Assembly (NCBI GenBank): GCA_951406725.2
Contig: OX597841.1
Coordinates: forward strand, 21,514,001-21,578,000
Source of the DNA: Octopus vulgaris
Taxonomy: Eukaryota
Length of the DNA: 64,000 nucleotides
Reading direction: 5' to 3'
Shown: positions 25,513 through 38,008 of the stretch, in pieces
How the letters are laid out: every line of letters begins with the position of its first letter
How positions within the stretch are numbered: position 1 is the stretch's first letter
Program-made: the position numbers and the translations under genes
Notes under the pieces: model-generated
Told to the model about the DNA's origin: nothing
The model's input: only the letters and a program-made list of their open reading frames with translations
Databases searched by the model: none

Positions 25513-26131
25513 GGACCTTTTCCTTTTGAACGGCAGACAATTTCTAGTTAACTAAACACTTTAAAACTTCGTATACTGGTAGAATGTGTCAAAATAAAAC
25601 ATTTTTTTCTCTTGGCTTTCTTGAGAAAATTGTAATTCGTTTGTTTAACGTAGTTTAATTTTTCGAATTTTAACCAATCCTATGCTCTCTTTTGAGCTAA
25701 AATCATTTGCTGCGTCTAAAACTGAGACAACATCCTGTAACTAACCCTAACCCTAAATTTTTTTTTTCTTAATTGTTAAATTAATTTAATTGTTACGCGT
25801 GTAAAAAACTAAAGTAATGGAATTAAATTAATTTAACAATTAAGAAAAAAATTTAGGGTTAGGGTTAGGAGGGAGGTTTAGGGTTAGTTACAGGATGTTG
25901 TCTCAGTTTTAGACGCAGCAAATGATTTTAGTTGAATGGAGGTAATCGATTGGTTAAAATTGCCGAAATGCTCGGATTTTCAGACGAAATATCTTACAAA
26001 CTATAGAATTTTCTCAATAAAACCAAGAGAAAATGATGTTTTATAAACACATTCTACCAGTATACGAAGTTTAAAAGTGTTTAGTTAACTAGAAATTGTT
26101 TTGACATCTGCCGTTCAAAAGGAAAAGATCC
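25513..26131. mobile_element. Fold-back MITE with 8-bp TSD and internal telomere-like repeats (copy 1)
   Basis: TIR GGA(T/C)CTTTTCCTTTTGAACGGCAG; TSD CAAATTGC at 25505-25512 and 26132-26139. Confidence 0.88.
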
Positions 26132-26383
26132 CAAATTGCTGGGTCAGGTCATGAGATTTACAGAAAGAATGGTAACTCTAATTATTTGGAAGAGAGTTAA
26201 CCTAAATGAAATACAGTTTGGTTAACACAGCTGGGACCATTTCCTAAGAACTGGCTCTATTATCCAGCACCAGAATATACTTCAACCCCTGTAATTATAC
26301 AGAGACAGACAGACAGACACACTCACATACTGAGAGACTTACACACACACTGACAAATATAAGTACGGGTGGACAGATTAGAC

Positions 26384-26602
26384 CAGTGGTTTTCAACCAG
26401 GGTTCCTCGGAACCTTAGGGTCCCGCCAGTACAGTCCAGGGGTTCCGCAAGAAGTTACAAAACTGCTAAAATCGGCAGTAATTTTTAATTCTCCTGTGCA
26501 GATATGTGTGCATAAGACTATTAAATTATTGCACAGGGGTTCCTCGAGCCAGTGGAATGTTTCCTTGGGGTTCCGCTCCAGCAAAAAGGTTGAAAAGCAC
26601 TG
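26384..26602. mobile_element. hAT (Charlie-like) MITE
   Basis: TIR CAGTGGTTTTCAACC / GGTTGAAAAGCACTG; perfect 8-bp TSD GATTAGAC. Confidence 0.9.
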
Positions 26603-26609
26603 GATTAGA

Positions 26610-27275
26610 CTGAGACTGATAGACTGATTTGATATGGGGACAGCTGGACAGATGGAAACATAGATACAGAGATTGATGGTCAGATGAGCAGAGAGATGGA
26701 CACACAGATAGAGGGACAGGTGGACAGACAGGAAAGCAGAGAGACTGACTGGTAGACAGATGGACACTGACAGAGAGAGAGAGAGAGACAGGTAGACAGA
26801 TATGGGGACAGGTAGACAGATGGAAAGATAGATACAGAGATTGACAGATTGAGGGGCAAAGAGACGGACAGATGGACAGATAGGTAAGCAGAGAGACAGA
26901 TGGACATAGACGGACAGACAGACAGATACAGGTAGGTGGATATGGGGACAGGTGGACAGACAGACAGATACAGGCAGATGGATATGGGGACAGGTGGACA
27001 GATAGGTAAGCAGAGAGACAGATGGACAGACGGACAGACAGACAGATGCAGGCAGATGGATATGGGGACAGGTGGACAGATAGGAAGATAGATATAGAGA
27101 CAGACAGTAAGGGAGATTGACAGACTGACATGTGGACAGACAGATTGACAACAGATGGATGGATAGTCAGAGGGGGTGGGGATGTAGCAATTGGGGGGGA
27201 GAGAGAGAGAGAGAGAAGTGAATGACTGGACAGACAGACAGACTGACTGACCGGCAGACACACGGACAGACAGAC
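26610..27275. repeat. GACA/GATA-rich low-complexity repeat
   Basis: Direct reading. Confidence 0.85.
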
Positions 27276-27359
27276 GGCAAGCTTTTTGTTCTCTATTCCT
27301 TTCTTCTCAGTATTTCCATACATTTTGGCTGCAGTCCAGCTGACTTCATCCTATTTCAG

Positions 27360-27376
27360 GTGCAGGCCTCAGTATA

Positions 27377-27407
<31 letters not shown>

Positions 27408-27540
27408 TGAGAGTATAAGTAACAATAACAGCAGCAGCAGCAGCAGCCGTGGCAGCAGCAGTAAACAAACAATTAAGTCTCCAGAAAGTCCATTAATATT
27501 TCACATAATCTATAGCGGTCAATAAGTTAATCAATTCCAG
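27360..27540 (+). other. Candidate non-coding 5' UTR exon
   Basis: ctatttcag acceptor (alternative ttcttctcag at 27310) and CAG|GTAAGG donor in non-TE sequence; no transcript evidence. Confidence 0.35.
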
Positions 27541-27662
27541 GTAAGGTGTGGAGGTAGACAGGTATGGTAAATATTTGCTTGTGTGTGTGCATGTCCATAA
27601 ATTATCCTTACAAATCCACACAGTTCATTTTATCAAGTTGTAAAGGCAAATTATGGACACCC

Positions 27663-27696
<34 letters not shown>

Positions 27697-28531
27697 CACA
27701 CACACACATATATATTATATTTATATAATATATTTACATATTTTATTAAGTCTTTTCTCAGCTAGTTTCGGTCATTAAGCTGTGGCCATGATGGGCCAAC
27801 GCTTGCAAGGTCATTTAAAAATTTATTTTTGGGGGTTTTGGGGGTCAATCACATTGAAGTACATTTTTTTCAGTTCATTCATATTTTAACGATCTCTATT
27901 CGTCAAAATACTAAATCACATGATATCAGAAATAATACTGAGTTTTTAGAGAGGTGTTAACATAAATTTAGACCTATATACCCATATTACACATGTATAT
28001 ATATATACTCTTTACTCTTTTACTTGTTTCAGTCATTTGACTGCGGCCATGCTGGAGCACCGATATACATTTTATTCCAGTTTAAGGAGGCAGGATAGGT
28101 AAGTGATGCTAGCGGATGGGGCCGTTAGCATCACTTTCATCTTTCGTTTTCACCCCTTCTCTCATTTTATCATACGATAATTGTTTTGATGTTTTGTGTC
28201 CCCAGTGTGTTGTAGTGTCCCCTCTATGTAAGACCTTTTATGGTTAATAAAAAATCATCGACGTAAAAGTAACAAAGCGAATGTCATTTGTTGACCCCTT
28301 AATCTCTGACATCGTCCCAGCAAATGTAGACCGAGATACAGGGGTCCCAGACGAACAGACAGAATTTTGCTTTTATTATAAAGTAGCCCTTTATTATAAA
28401 ACACATGGGTTTTTCAGCCCCTGTGGATGGCTAATAGGGTTTGCAGCTCAAAACTAGGAGAGCATGACAATAATACATCTACAATGTCTATATACCAGAG
28501 GGCGCACACTCTCCTACCCTGATGTCTATAT

Positions 28532-28703
28532 AGGCGCAGGAGTGGCTGTGTGGTAAGTAGCTTGTTTACCAACCACATGGTTCAGGGTTCAGTCCCACTG
28601 CGTGGCACCTTGGGCAAGTGTCTTCTACTATAGCCTCGGGCCGACCAAAGCCTTGTGAGTGGATTTCGTAGACGGAAACTGAAAGAAGCCCGTTGTATAT
28701 ATG

Positions 28704-28740
<37 letters not shown>

Positions 28741-28948
28741 GTGTTTGTGTGTCTGTGTTTGTCCCCCTAGCATTGCTTGACGACCGATGCTGGTGTGTTT
28801 ATGTCCCCGTTACTTAGCGGTTCGGCAAAAGAGACCGATAGAATAAGTACTGGGCTTACAAAAGAATAAGTCCAGGGGTCGATTTGCTCGACTAAAGGCG
28901 GTGCTCCAGCATGGCCGCAGTCAAATGACTGAAACAAGTAAAAGAGTA
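28532..28948 (+). mobile_element. SINE family A full copy
   Basis: Family A consensus. Confidence 0.85.
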
Positions 28949-29303
28949 TACCTGGTGGGTGGGGGGTGGTGTTTGATCAGAGGTTAAGGACAGGTGAGAA
29001 TTAATTGTGTAATGCAATCGTTCTATTGTTCTTGTCTTGATTTGAATCCCAATTGTTGGCCAATTTCTCTCAAAGTTCTTATCTCGATGTAAAATTAACG
29101 AAAGCAAATGTCCTTTCTCTCCCCGCTTGACCTCTGACATCACCTGACAAACGCCAACCAAGATGGTATGATTCAGCCAAACTTTACCTGCTAGAAATAG
29201 CAACCCAAATACTTTTAAATCAGATCCCATTGCTGGATGGTCCAGAAGCAGATGAAGGGCAGATTTTCAATCCTGGAATCATCCTGATTCCGAAAAGGTA
29301 TAA

Positions 29304-29718
29304 AGGCGAGCTGGCAGAACCGTTAGCACGCCGGGCGAAATGCTTAGCGGTATTTCGTCTGCGTTACGTTCTGAGTTCAAATTCCGCCGAGGTCGACTTT
29401 GCCTTTCATCCTTTCGGGGATCGATAAATTAAGTACCAGTTACGCACTGGGGTCGATGTGATCGACTTAATACCTATGTCTGTCCGTGTTTGTCCCCTCT
29501 GTGTTTAGCCCCTTGTGGGTAGTAAAGAAATAGGTATTTCGTCTGCCGTTACGTTCTGAGTTCAAATTCCGCCGAGGTCGACTTTGCCTTTCATCCTTTC
29601 GGGGTTGATAAATTAAGTACCAGTTACGCACTGGGGTCGATGTGATCGACTTAATACCTATGTCTGTCCTTGTTTGTCCCCTCTGTGTTTAGCCCCTTGT
29701 GGGTAATAAAAAAAATAG
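29304..29718 (+). mobile_element. SINE family B with tandem 3' duplication
   Basis: Family B consensus. Confidence 0.8.
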
Positions 29719-29832
29719 ATATAATATGTCTATGTAGAATAAATTCGGACCAAGATACAGGGGTCCCAGACGGACGGACGGACGGACGGACAGAATTTCG
29801 CTTTTATTATATGTAATGCAATGTATTTACTT

Positions 29833-29867
<35 letters not shown>

Positions 29868-29870
29868 CAG

Positions 29871-30431
29871 GTGGCACATGGCTTGATGCTTTCACTCAGG
29901 TTCGAGCTGGGCTAGGGCAGTCCCGGCTATGGGCCGCAACCACTGCGCTGCCATCGTTCTCTTCATCAACTCAGCCGCAACTGTCGGGAACGTCACAGAG
30001 ACCGAGACCCGCTCGAGCGAACAGTGTCCACCGGAGGCGACGACGACGTCGAGGAGGAGGTGGAAGAGGAAGAGGAGGAGGCACGCGGCGGCGACAGCAA
30101 CTGCTTCGTCCGAGTCTACCCGTCCTCTGCGTCGCCCCGCCCACCAACGCTGAAAGCAATCACGGACACCGCCACCGGGTGGCTGTGACCCCACCCTCAT
30201 TCTCACACACACACACACGCATCACCCCCATCTCCCTCCAACCTCCGCTTTTCACTCACACCCCACCCCCCAGTCAATTCTACTTTGCACTCACCTGCCT
30301 TCCCGTCTGGCCAGCTGACCTGTCCTTTACCGTTCCCCCACCTCCACCCTCCTCCTCTTCACCTCATCCAGTAGCAAAACTCTCCCCACCCCCCCGTAAC
30401 TCTCATCCCACTGTACAAGCGCACGTGCACC
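29871..30431 (+). other. Probable 5' UTR part of the ATG-containing MAK exon (561 nt, GC-rich, with uORFs)
   Basis: Strong (tc)n-tttttcag acceptor ending at 29870; CpG-rich unique sequence contiguous with the ATG. Confidence 0.65.
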
Positions 30432-30532
30432 ATGGATCAATACCAGACCATCAAACAGCTGGGAGACGGAACCTACGGCAGCGTGATCCTGGCCAGGAAG
30501 CAAGACACCTCGCAACTTGTTGCCATCAAGAA
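30432..30532 (+). CDS. MAK: MAK/ICK coding exon 1 ([34 protein letters not shown])
   Basis: ATG in caccATGG context, glycine-rich loop and VAIK lysine, donor AA|GTGAGT. The exon probably begins at the acceptor tctttttcag|29871. Confidence 0.95.
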
Positions 30533-31369
30533 GTGAGTCCTGACTTAACAAACACTTTCTCTTTCTTGTCTTTTGTTTGGCTGTGTGGTAAGTAGCTTGT
30601 TTACCAACCACATGGTTCCAGGTTCAGTCCCACTGCGTGGCACCTTGGGCAAGTGTCTTCTACTATAGCCTCGGGCCAACCAAAGCCTTGTGAGTGGATT
30701 TGGTAGACGGAAACTGAAAGAAACCCATTGTATATATATATATATGTGTGTGTGTGTGTCTGTGTTTGTCCCCTAGCATTGCTTGACAACCAATGCTGGT
30801 GTGTTTATGTCCCCGTCACTTAGCGGTTCGGCAAAAATTGAATAAGTACTGGGCTTACAAAAGAATAAGTTCCGGGGTCGAGTTGCTCGATTAAAGGCAG
30901 TGCTCCAGCATGGCTGCAGTCAAATGACTGAAACAAGTAAAGAGTAGGTAAGGGTTGGCAACAGGAAATGCATCCCCTACGCCCTAGAATATTTGCCTCA
31001 ATATATTGAATCTGACTCATTTGAGCAAAAGAGGAGTGGGGCTGTGTGAGAAGAACCTCCTTCCCATCCACGTTTCTTCCGGGTTCAGTCCCACTGTATT
31101 GCACTTAGGGTAAGTGTCTTCTACTATAGCCCCAGGTTCACCAAAGCCAAATGTGAGTAGATTTGGTACATGGAAACTGAAAGAAACCTGCTGAATATAT
31201 ACACATATATAGGCGCAGGAGTGGCTGTGTGGTAAGTAGCTTGCATCACCAACCACATGGTTCCGGGTTCAGTCCCACTGCGTGGCATCTTGGGCAAGTG
31301 TCTTCTGCTATAGCCTCGGGCCGACCAAAGCCTTGTGAGTGGATTTGGTAGACGGAAACTGAAAGAAGC

Positions 31370-31409
<40 letters not shown>

Positions 31410-31876
31410 AGTAGCTTGCTTACCAACCACATGGTTCCGGGTTCAGTCCCACTGCGGGGCACCTTGGGCAAGTGTCTTCTACTATAGCCCCCGGCCGACC
31501 AAAGCCTTGTGAGTGGATTTGGTAGACGGAAACTGAAAGAAGCCCATCGTATATATGTATATATATATATGTAAGTAGCTTGCTTACCAACCACATGGTT
31601 CCAGGTTCGGTCCCACTGCGGGGCACCTTGGGCAAGTGTCTTCTACTATAGCCCCCAGCCGACCAAAGCCTTGTGAGTGGATTTGGTAAACGGAAACTGA
31701 AAGAAGCCCATCGTATATATGTATATATATATATGTAAGTAGCTTGCTTACCAACCACATGGTTCCGGGTTCAGTCCCACTGTGGGGCACCTTGAGCAAG
31801 TGTCTTCTACTATAGCCCTCGGCCGATCAAAGCCTTGTGAGTGGATTTGGTAGACGGAAAGTGAAAGAAGCCCATC

Positions 31877-31916
<40 letters not shown>

Positions 31917-32358
31917 ATGTGTGTATATGTTTGTGTGTCTGTGCTTGTCCCCCTAGCATTGCTTGGCAGCCGATGCTGGTGTGTTTACGTCCCCGTCACT
32001 TAGCAGTTCGGCAAAAAGAGACCGATAGAATAAGTACTGGGCTTACAAAGAATAAGTCCTGGGGTCGATTTGCTTGACTAAAGGCGGTGCTCCAGCATTT
32101 ACAAACTCAGATTAAGCGGTCCTTCTTCATATCAGACATGACTCAAACTCTTTACTCTCTTTTACTTGTTTCAGTCATTTGACTCCGGCCATGCTGGAGC
32201 ACTGCCTTTAGTCGAGCAAATCGACCCCGGGACTTATTCTTTTGTAAGCCCAGTACTTATTCTATCGGTCTCTTTTGCCGAACTGCTAAGTGACGGGGAC
32301 GTAAACACACCAGCATCGGTTGTCAAGCAATGCTAGGGGGACAAACACGCACACACAA

Positions 32359-32389
<31 letters not shown>

Positions 32390-34627
32390 CATATATACGA
32401 CAGTTTCCTTCAGTTTCCGTCTACCAAATCCACTCACAAGGCTTTGGTCGGCCTGAGGATATAGTAGAAGACACTTGCCCAAAGTGCCATGCAATGGGAC
32501 TGAACCCGGAACCATGTGGTTGGTAAACAAGCTACTTACCACACAGAACTATCACAACTTTCACAGAATCTTTGGTGCTATGGGGGTGTTCGTTGACATT
32601 TTTTCACAGATGCTTCATACATCACGCTGAGAGTTGCTGAAGCATGGAACAAACTGCCGGCATCAGTTGTTAGTTGTCGGAGCACTGCATCCTTCAAGAC
32701 TTCCATGCTTCCTGAGATTCGCCAACACTACACCTGATTTCCTCCCCTCCATACACACGCAAGCATGTACTTGACTCATACACTGTTCACTTCCCAGACA
32801 TTTGTACATTACTGCATATACTTTATACGCACTTTCTGACAAGTTGTGGTGCACCTGAGCACTGTATACAATAATTTCATTATTATTATTATAGTAGTCC
32901 ATTGGATTGAGGTCTGGAGAATCAGGGGGGGCCAAATGTTGGGGGTGATGTGATCATGCAAATTGTCAGCCATCCGTTCTTGTGTCATTCATTTGAGCCT
33001 TGTGTGATGGTGCAGAATCTTGCTGAAAGACATTAAGCCTTCCATTGCATACACTGTTGATCCAAGGCTTAACAACTTTAATCAGAACCACAGAAAGATC
33101 AAACACACATATATATATATTCATATATATCTACAGAACAGATATAAAGTCCGACGTTTAAAAATATAGTAATATATAAATATACGCATACATCTGTTCT
33201 CCATGCTAGCACGGGTTGGACGGTTCAACTGGGGTCTGAGAAGCCAGAAGGCTGCACCAGGCCCAGTCTGATCTGGCAGGGTTTCTACAGCTGGATGCCC
33301 TTCCTAACGTGAGTGTAGTGGGTGCTTTTTATGTGCCACCGGCACAGGTGCCAGGGGTGTCTGGCAAATGGCCACAATTGGTTGGTGTTTTTTACATGCC
33401 ACCGGCACGGGGGCCAGGCGAGTCTGGCAAACGGCCACGATCAGATGGTGCTTTTTACGTGCCACCGGCACAGGTGCCAGACGAGGCTAGCAAACGGCCA
33501 CGATTGGATGGTGCTTTTTACATTTCACCGGCACGGGGTCCACCCTGAATTTACGCCTAAACTCATAAAACATTAGGTATAAATTTGTTAAATTAAAAAT
33601 TTGGGATAATAAAACATACAATGACATATTAAAATTCCAGCGAAAAATACATAGAAGATAAATATACAAATTTACAAAAATACATAAAAGTTCTTCTACG
33701 GTCTGTTTCGGAGACGCGCCAATTAATATGCGTATATACGCAGCAGCATTCACCCTAAGGCTTTGTGGGACAAAGCGAGGTGGCATCACTTGTCCTTCAT
33801 TGCTAACAACATCCAAGTCCATGACACTTGCAACCTCAGAAGGGTCTGTACATAGCCACCTGTCATTTCTTCTATTAGTTTTCTGCTCCTGGTTAAAGTT
33901 TTTTGTTTGACTAAAGGTGGTGCTCCACCATGGCTGTAGGCAAATAACTGAAACAAGTAAAAGAATAAAAGAATACATACATATATATATGTGTATATAT
34001 ATATATATATATATTACGGAGCCCGTTTCGTGTCCGTTGCCAGCCTCGCCTGGCCCTCGTGCCGGTGGCACATAAAAAGCACCATCCGTTCGTGGCCGTT
34101 TGCCAGCTCTGTCTGGCACCAGTGCGGGTGGCACGTAAAAAGCACCCACTACACTCACGGAGTGGTTGGCATTAGGAAGGGCATCCAGCCGTAGAAACAC
34201 TGCCAGATTTGACTGGGCCTGATGAAGCCTTCTGGCTTCACAGACCCCAGTAGAACCGTCCAACCCATGCTAGCATGGAAAACGGACGCTAAACGATGAT
34301 GATGATGATGATGATGTACTCGCATAGCAAGTGATTTGATCTGAGATCGTGTGCTGAAACGAAAACAATTGCAGCGTGGAAGGTGTTTGTAAGCCATTTA
34401 AGAAACACACAAAAGCCGTTCGATTCACTTCAATATTTAAGTTTAATTTGTCAAAATATTTTTGTCGCTATCAGACCGCGACCTGTTCATTGAGTACAGA
34501 TTTTTGTCAGTGAACAGGTCGCCGTCTTATAGCGACGATAATATTTTGACAAATTAAACTTAAATGTTGAAGTGAATCGAACGGCTTTTGTGTGTTTCTT
34601 AAATGGCTACAAAAACTTCCACGATGC

Positions 34628-34662
<35 letters not shown>

Positions 34663-35547
34663 ATGTGTGTACCGTTGGCGATTTTTTTCCTCTGTCTTCC
34701 CTTCTCTGGATCTTTCCTTCTCCTATGTTTCCGACGAAGAACTCCGCTCAAAACGTTGGACCCTCCTTCTTCCTTCTTTCCTTAGTGTCCAATGATACTA
34801 TATTTGTTCCACGTCCTCACGTTGTTGTGTTTTTTTGTACTTTCTGTTTGGGTTAACTATATATATACATACATATATATATATATATATATACATACAT
34901 ACATAAACCACATATATACACATGCATATACACACATACTTTTTCCCTTTGGTTTTTCCGTTCTCTCCCTCCCCTTCCACCGAAAGTAAGATTAGGGTAG
35001 AGATAAAGCACAGCCACCCCATTCCCTACCCCCGTGCCCCAGCAGCTCAGCTGGGGTGCTTACATACACCCAGGTACACAGGTGAAACAGCTTTATCGTT
35101 CAGGTATGAGCAGTAGTGGTAGAGGTAGGGAGGTGATCGTTGCGGTGGCGATGGTGGTGGTGGTGGTGGTGGTTGTGGGTGGTGGTGTTAGGTGATCGTT
35201 GTAGTGGTTGAGGTGGGGGTGGTCATGTACAAGTGTACACATGCCTTGTCACAATTCTTAGTTCTCGTGTGTGTGTGTGCACATGTGTGTGTCTACGTGT
35301 ATGTATGTATATTATACATATGTGTATATACGTGTATGTGTCTATATATCTCCCTTAATTATATACATATGTGTTAGTAGCCACTACACACATTTTTCTC
35401 TCTCCTTGTGTCTTTCTGTGTCCCTTTCTGTAGAAGAGCGTAGGCTCGAAACGTAAAAGACCTTTTCACTTCCCAAGGCGTTATCCTAATACATCTGTTT
35501 GTTTTATACACCACCTGTTTTCATCTTTTGTTTTTTTCGTAAACTCT

Positions 35548-35644
<97 letters not shown>

Positions 35645-35812
35645 GATGTAGGCGCAGGAGTGGCTGTGTGGTAAGTAGCTTGTTTACCAACCACATGGTT
35701 CCGGGTATCAGTCCCATGTGTGGCATCTTGGGCAAGTGTCTTGTGGTAAGTAGCCCCGGTTTACCAACCAATGCCTTGTGAGTCCCATTGTGTGGACGGA
35801 AACTGAAAGAAA

Positions 35813-35870
<58 letters not shown>

Positions 35871-37965
35871 TTGTGTGTCTGTGTTTGTCCCCCTAGCATT
35901 GCCTGACAACCGATGCTGGTGTGTTTACGTCCCCGTCACTTAGCGGTTCGGCAAAAAGAGACCGATAGAATAAGTACTGGGCTTACAAAAAAGAATAAGT
36001 CCCGGGGTCGAGTTGCTCGACTAAAGGCGGTGCTCCAGCATGGCCGCAGTCAAATGACTGAAACAAGTAAAAGAGTAAAGAGAGAGAGAGTATATAGGAG
36101 TGCACTACCACGTCACTCCAACTGCTACATCACCACCATCCCCACCACCATCACCATCATCACCATTACCATCATCACCACCACCAGCATCACCATCATC
36201 ATCATCATCATCACCACTGCCATTATCACCACCACCTTATATTCACTATGATGTTTTTTCTTTGTTTTCTTTAACAGAATGAAAAAGAAGTTCTATTCGT
36301 GGGATGACTGCGTCAGTTTACGGGAAGTGAAGGTAAGTGGGGTACACGGGGGTAGGTGTGTGTGTGTGTGATGGGAGGGTATTGTTGTTTGGGTAGATGT
36401 GTATGTATGTGTGTTGGGGTACATAGCTATGGGTATATGTCTCTCTTTTTACTCTTTTACTTGTTTCAGTCATTTGACTGCGGCCATGCTGGAGCACCGC
36501 CTTTAGTCGAGCAAATCGACCCCGCGACTTATTCTTTTGTAAGCCCAGTACTTATTCTATCGGTCTCTTTTGCCGAACCGCTAAGTAACAGGGACATAAA
36601 CACACCAGCATCGGTTGTCAAGCAATGCTAGGGGGACAAACACAGACACACAAACATACACACATATATATACGATGGGCTTCTTTCAGTTTCCGTCTAC
36701 CAAATCCTCTCACAAGACATTGGTCGGCCCGGGGCTATAGTAGAAGACACTTGCCCAAGGTGCCATGCAGTGGGATTGAACCCGGAACCATGTGGTTGGT
36801 AAACAAGCTACTTATCACGCGCCTATATATATACATATATACGACAGGCTTCTTTCAGTTTCCGTCTACCAAATCCACTCACAAGGCTTTGGTCGGCCTG
36901 AGGCTATAGCAGAAGACACTCGCCCAAGATGCCACGCAATGGGATTGAACTCGGAACCATGTGGTTGGTAAACAAGCTACTTACCACGCGCCTATATATA
37001 TACATATATACGACGGGCTTCTTTCAGTTTCCGTCTACCAAATCCACTCACAGGGCATTGGTCGGCCCGGGGCCATAGCAGAAGACACTTGCCCAAGGTG
37101 CCACGCAGTGGGACTGAACCCGGAACCACGTGGCTGGTTAGCAAGCTACTTACCACACAGCCACTCCTGCGCCTTTTAGAAGGAATCTTTCACATTACGT
37201 GTGTAAGCGCTTACCTTAAGTCCTTAAAAATGTTTTAGCTCGAAGGCCGCGGCCATGCTGGGGCACCACCTTGTTAATCATTTCGACACAACCACACCCA
37301 CACCCACACATGCTTGTATTCATTATGTTTGTTTTGTGTTATTTGTTATTGTTGTTGTTGTTTTGCAGTCGTTAAGGAAGCTGAATCATCCAAATATTGT
37401 GAAATTGAAAGAAGTAATTAGAGAGAATAACGAGTTATATTTTATATTTGAATACATGAAGGAGAATTTGTACCAGATGCTGAAGGACCGGTGAGTCTGT
37501 CTGTCTGTCTGTTCATACACACTGCTGCGACAGTCACACACACAGACACACACGCATACACATGCACACACACACACATACACACACACACACACACACA
37601 CATACACACACACACACACACATACACAGACACGTGCACACACACACACACATGCACACATACACACACACACGTGCACACGCACGCACACATACATGCA
37701 CACACCCATACACACACTCACACACACACACACTTGCTAGGTTAATAATAATAATAATAATCCTTTCTACTAAGGCCTGGAATTTTCGGGGAGGGTACTT
37801 GTCAATTACATCGACCCCAGTGCATAACTGGTACTTATTTCATCAACCTTGAAAGGATTACAGGCAAAATCAATCTTGGTGGAATTTGAACTCAGAACAT
37901 AAAGACAAACATAATTCCGCTAAGCATTTTGCCCAGCGTGCTAACGATTCTGCCAACCCGTTGCC

Positions 37966-38008
<43 letters not shown>

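Noticed and set aside
25741-25890. Telomeric repeats suggesting a chromosome fusion or interstitial telomere
   Set aside because: There are only 2-4 units, and they are internal to a MITE present twice with TSDs.
29816-30595. 259-aa ORF overlapping the MAK start
   Set aside because: It begins in the intron's polypyrimidine tract and is out of frame with the kinase; it reflects GC-rich UTR openness.
35700-35815. Scrambled SINE A copy with internally shuffled words
   Set aside because: It looks like a consensus or polishing error from misaligned repeat reads rather than biology. It is also a reason to confirm other single-copy oddities in raw reads.
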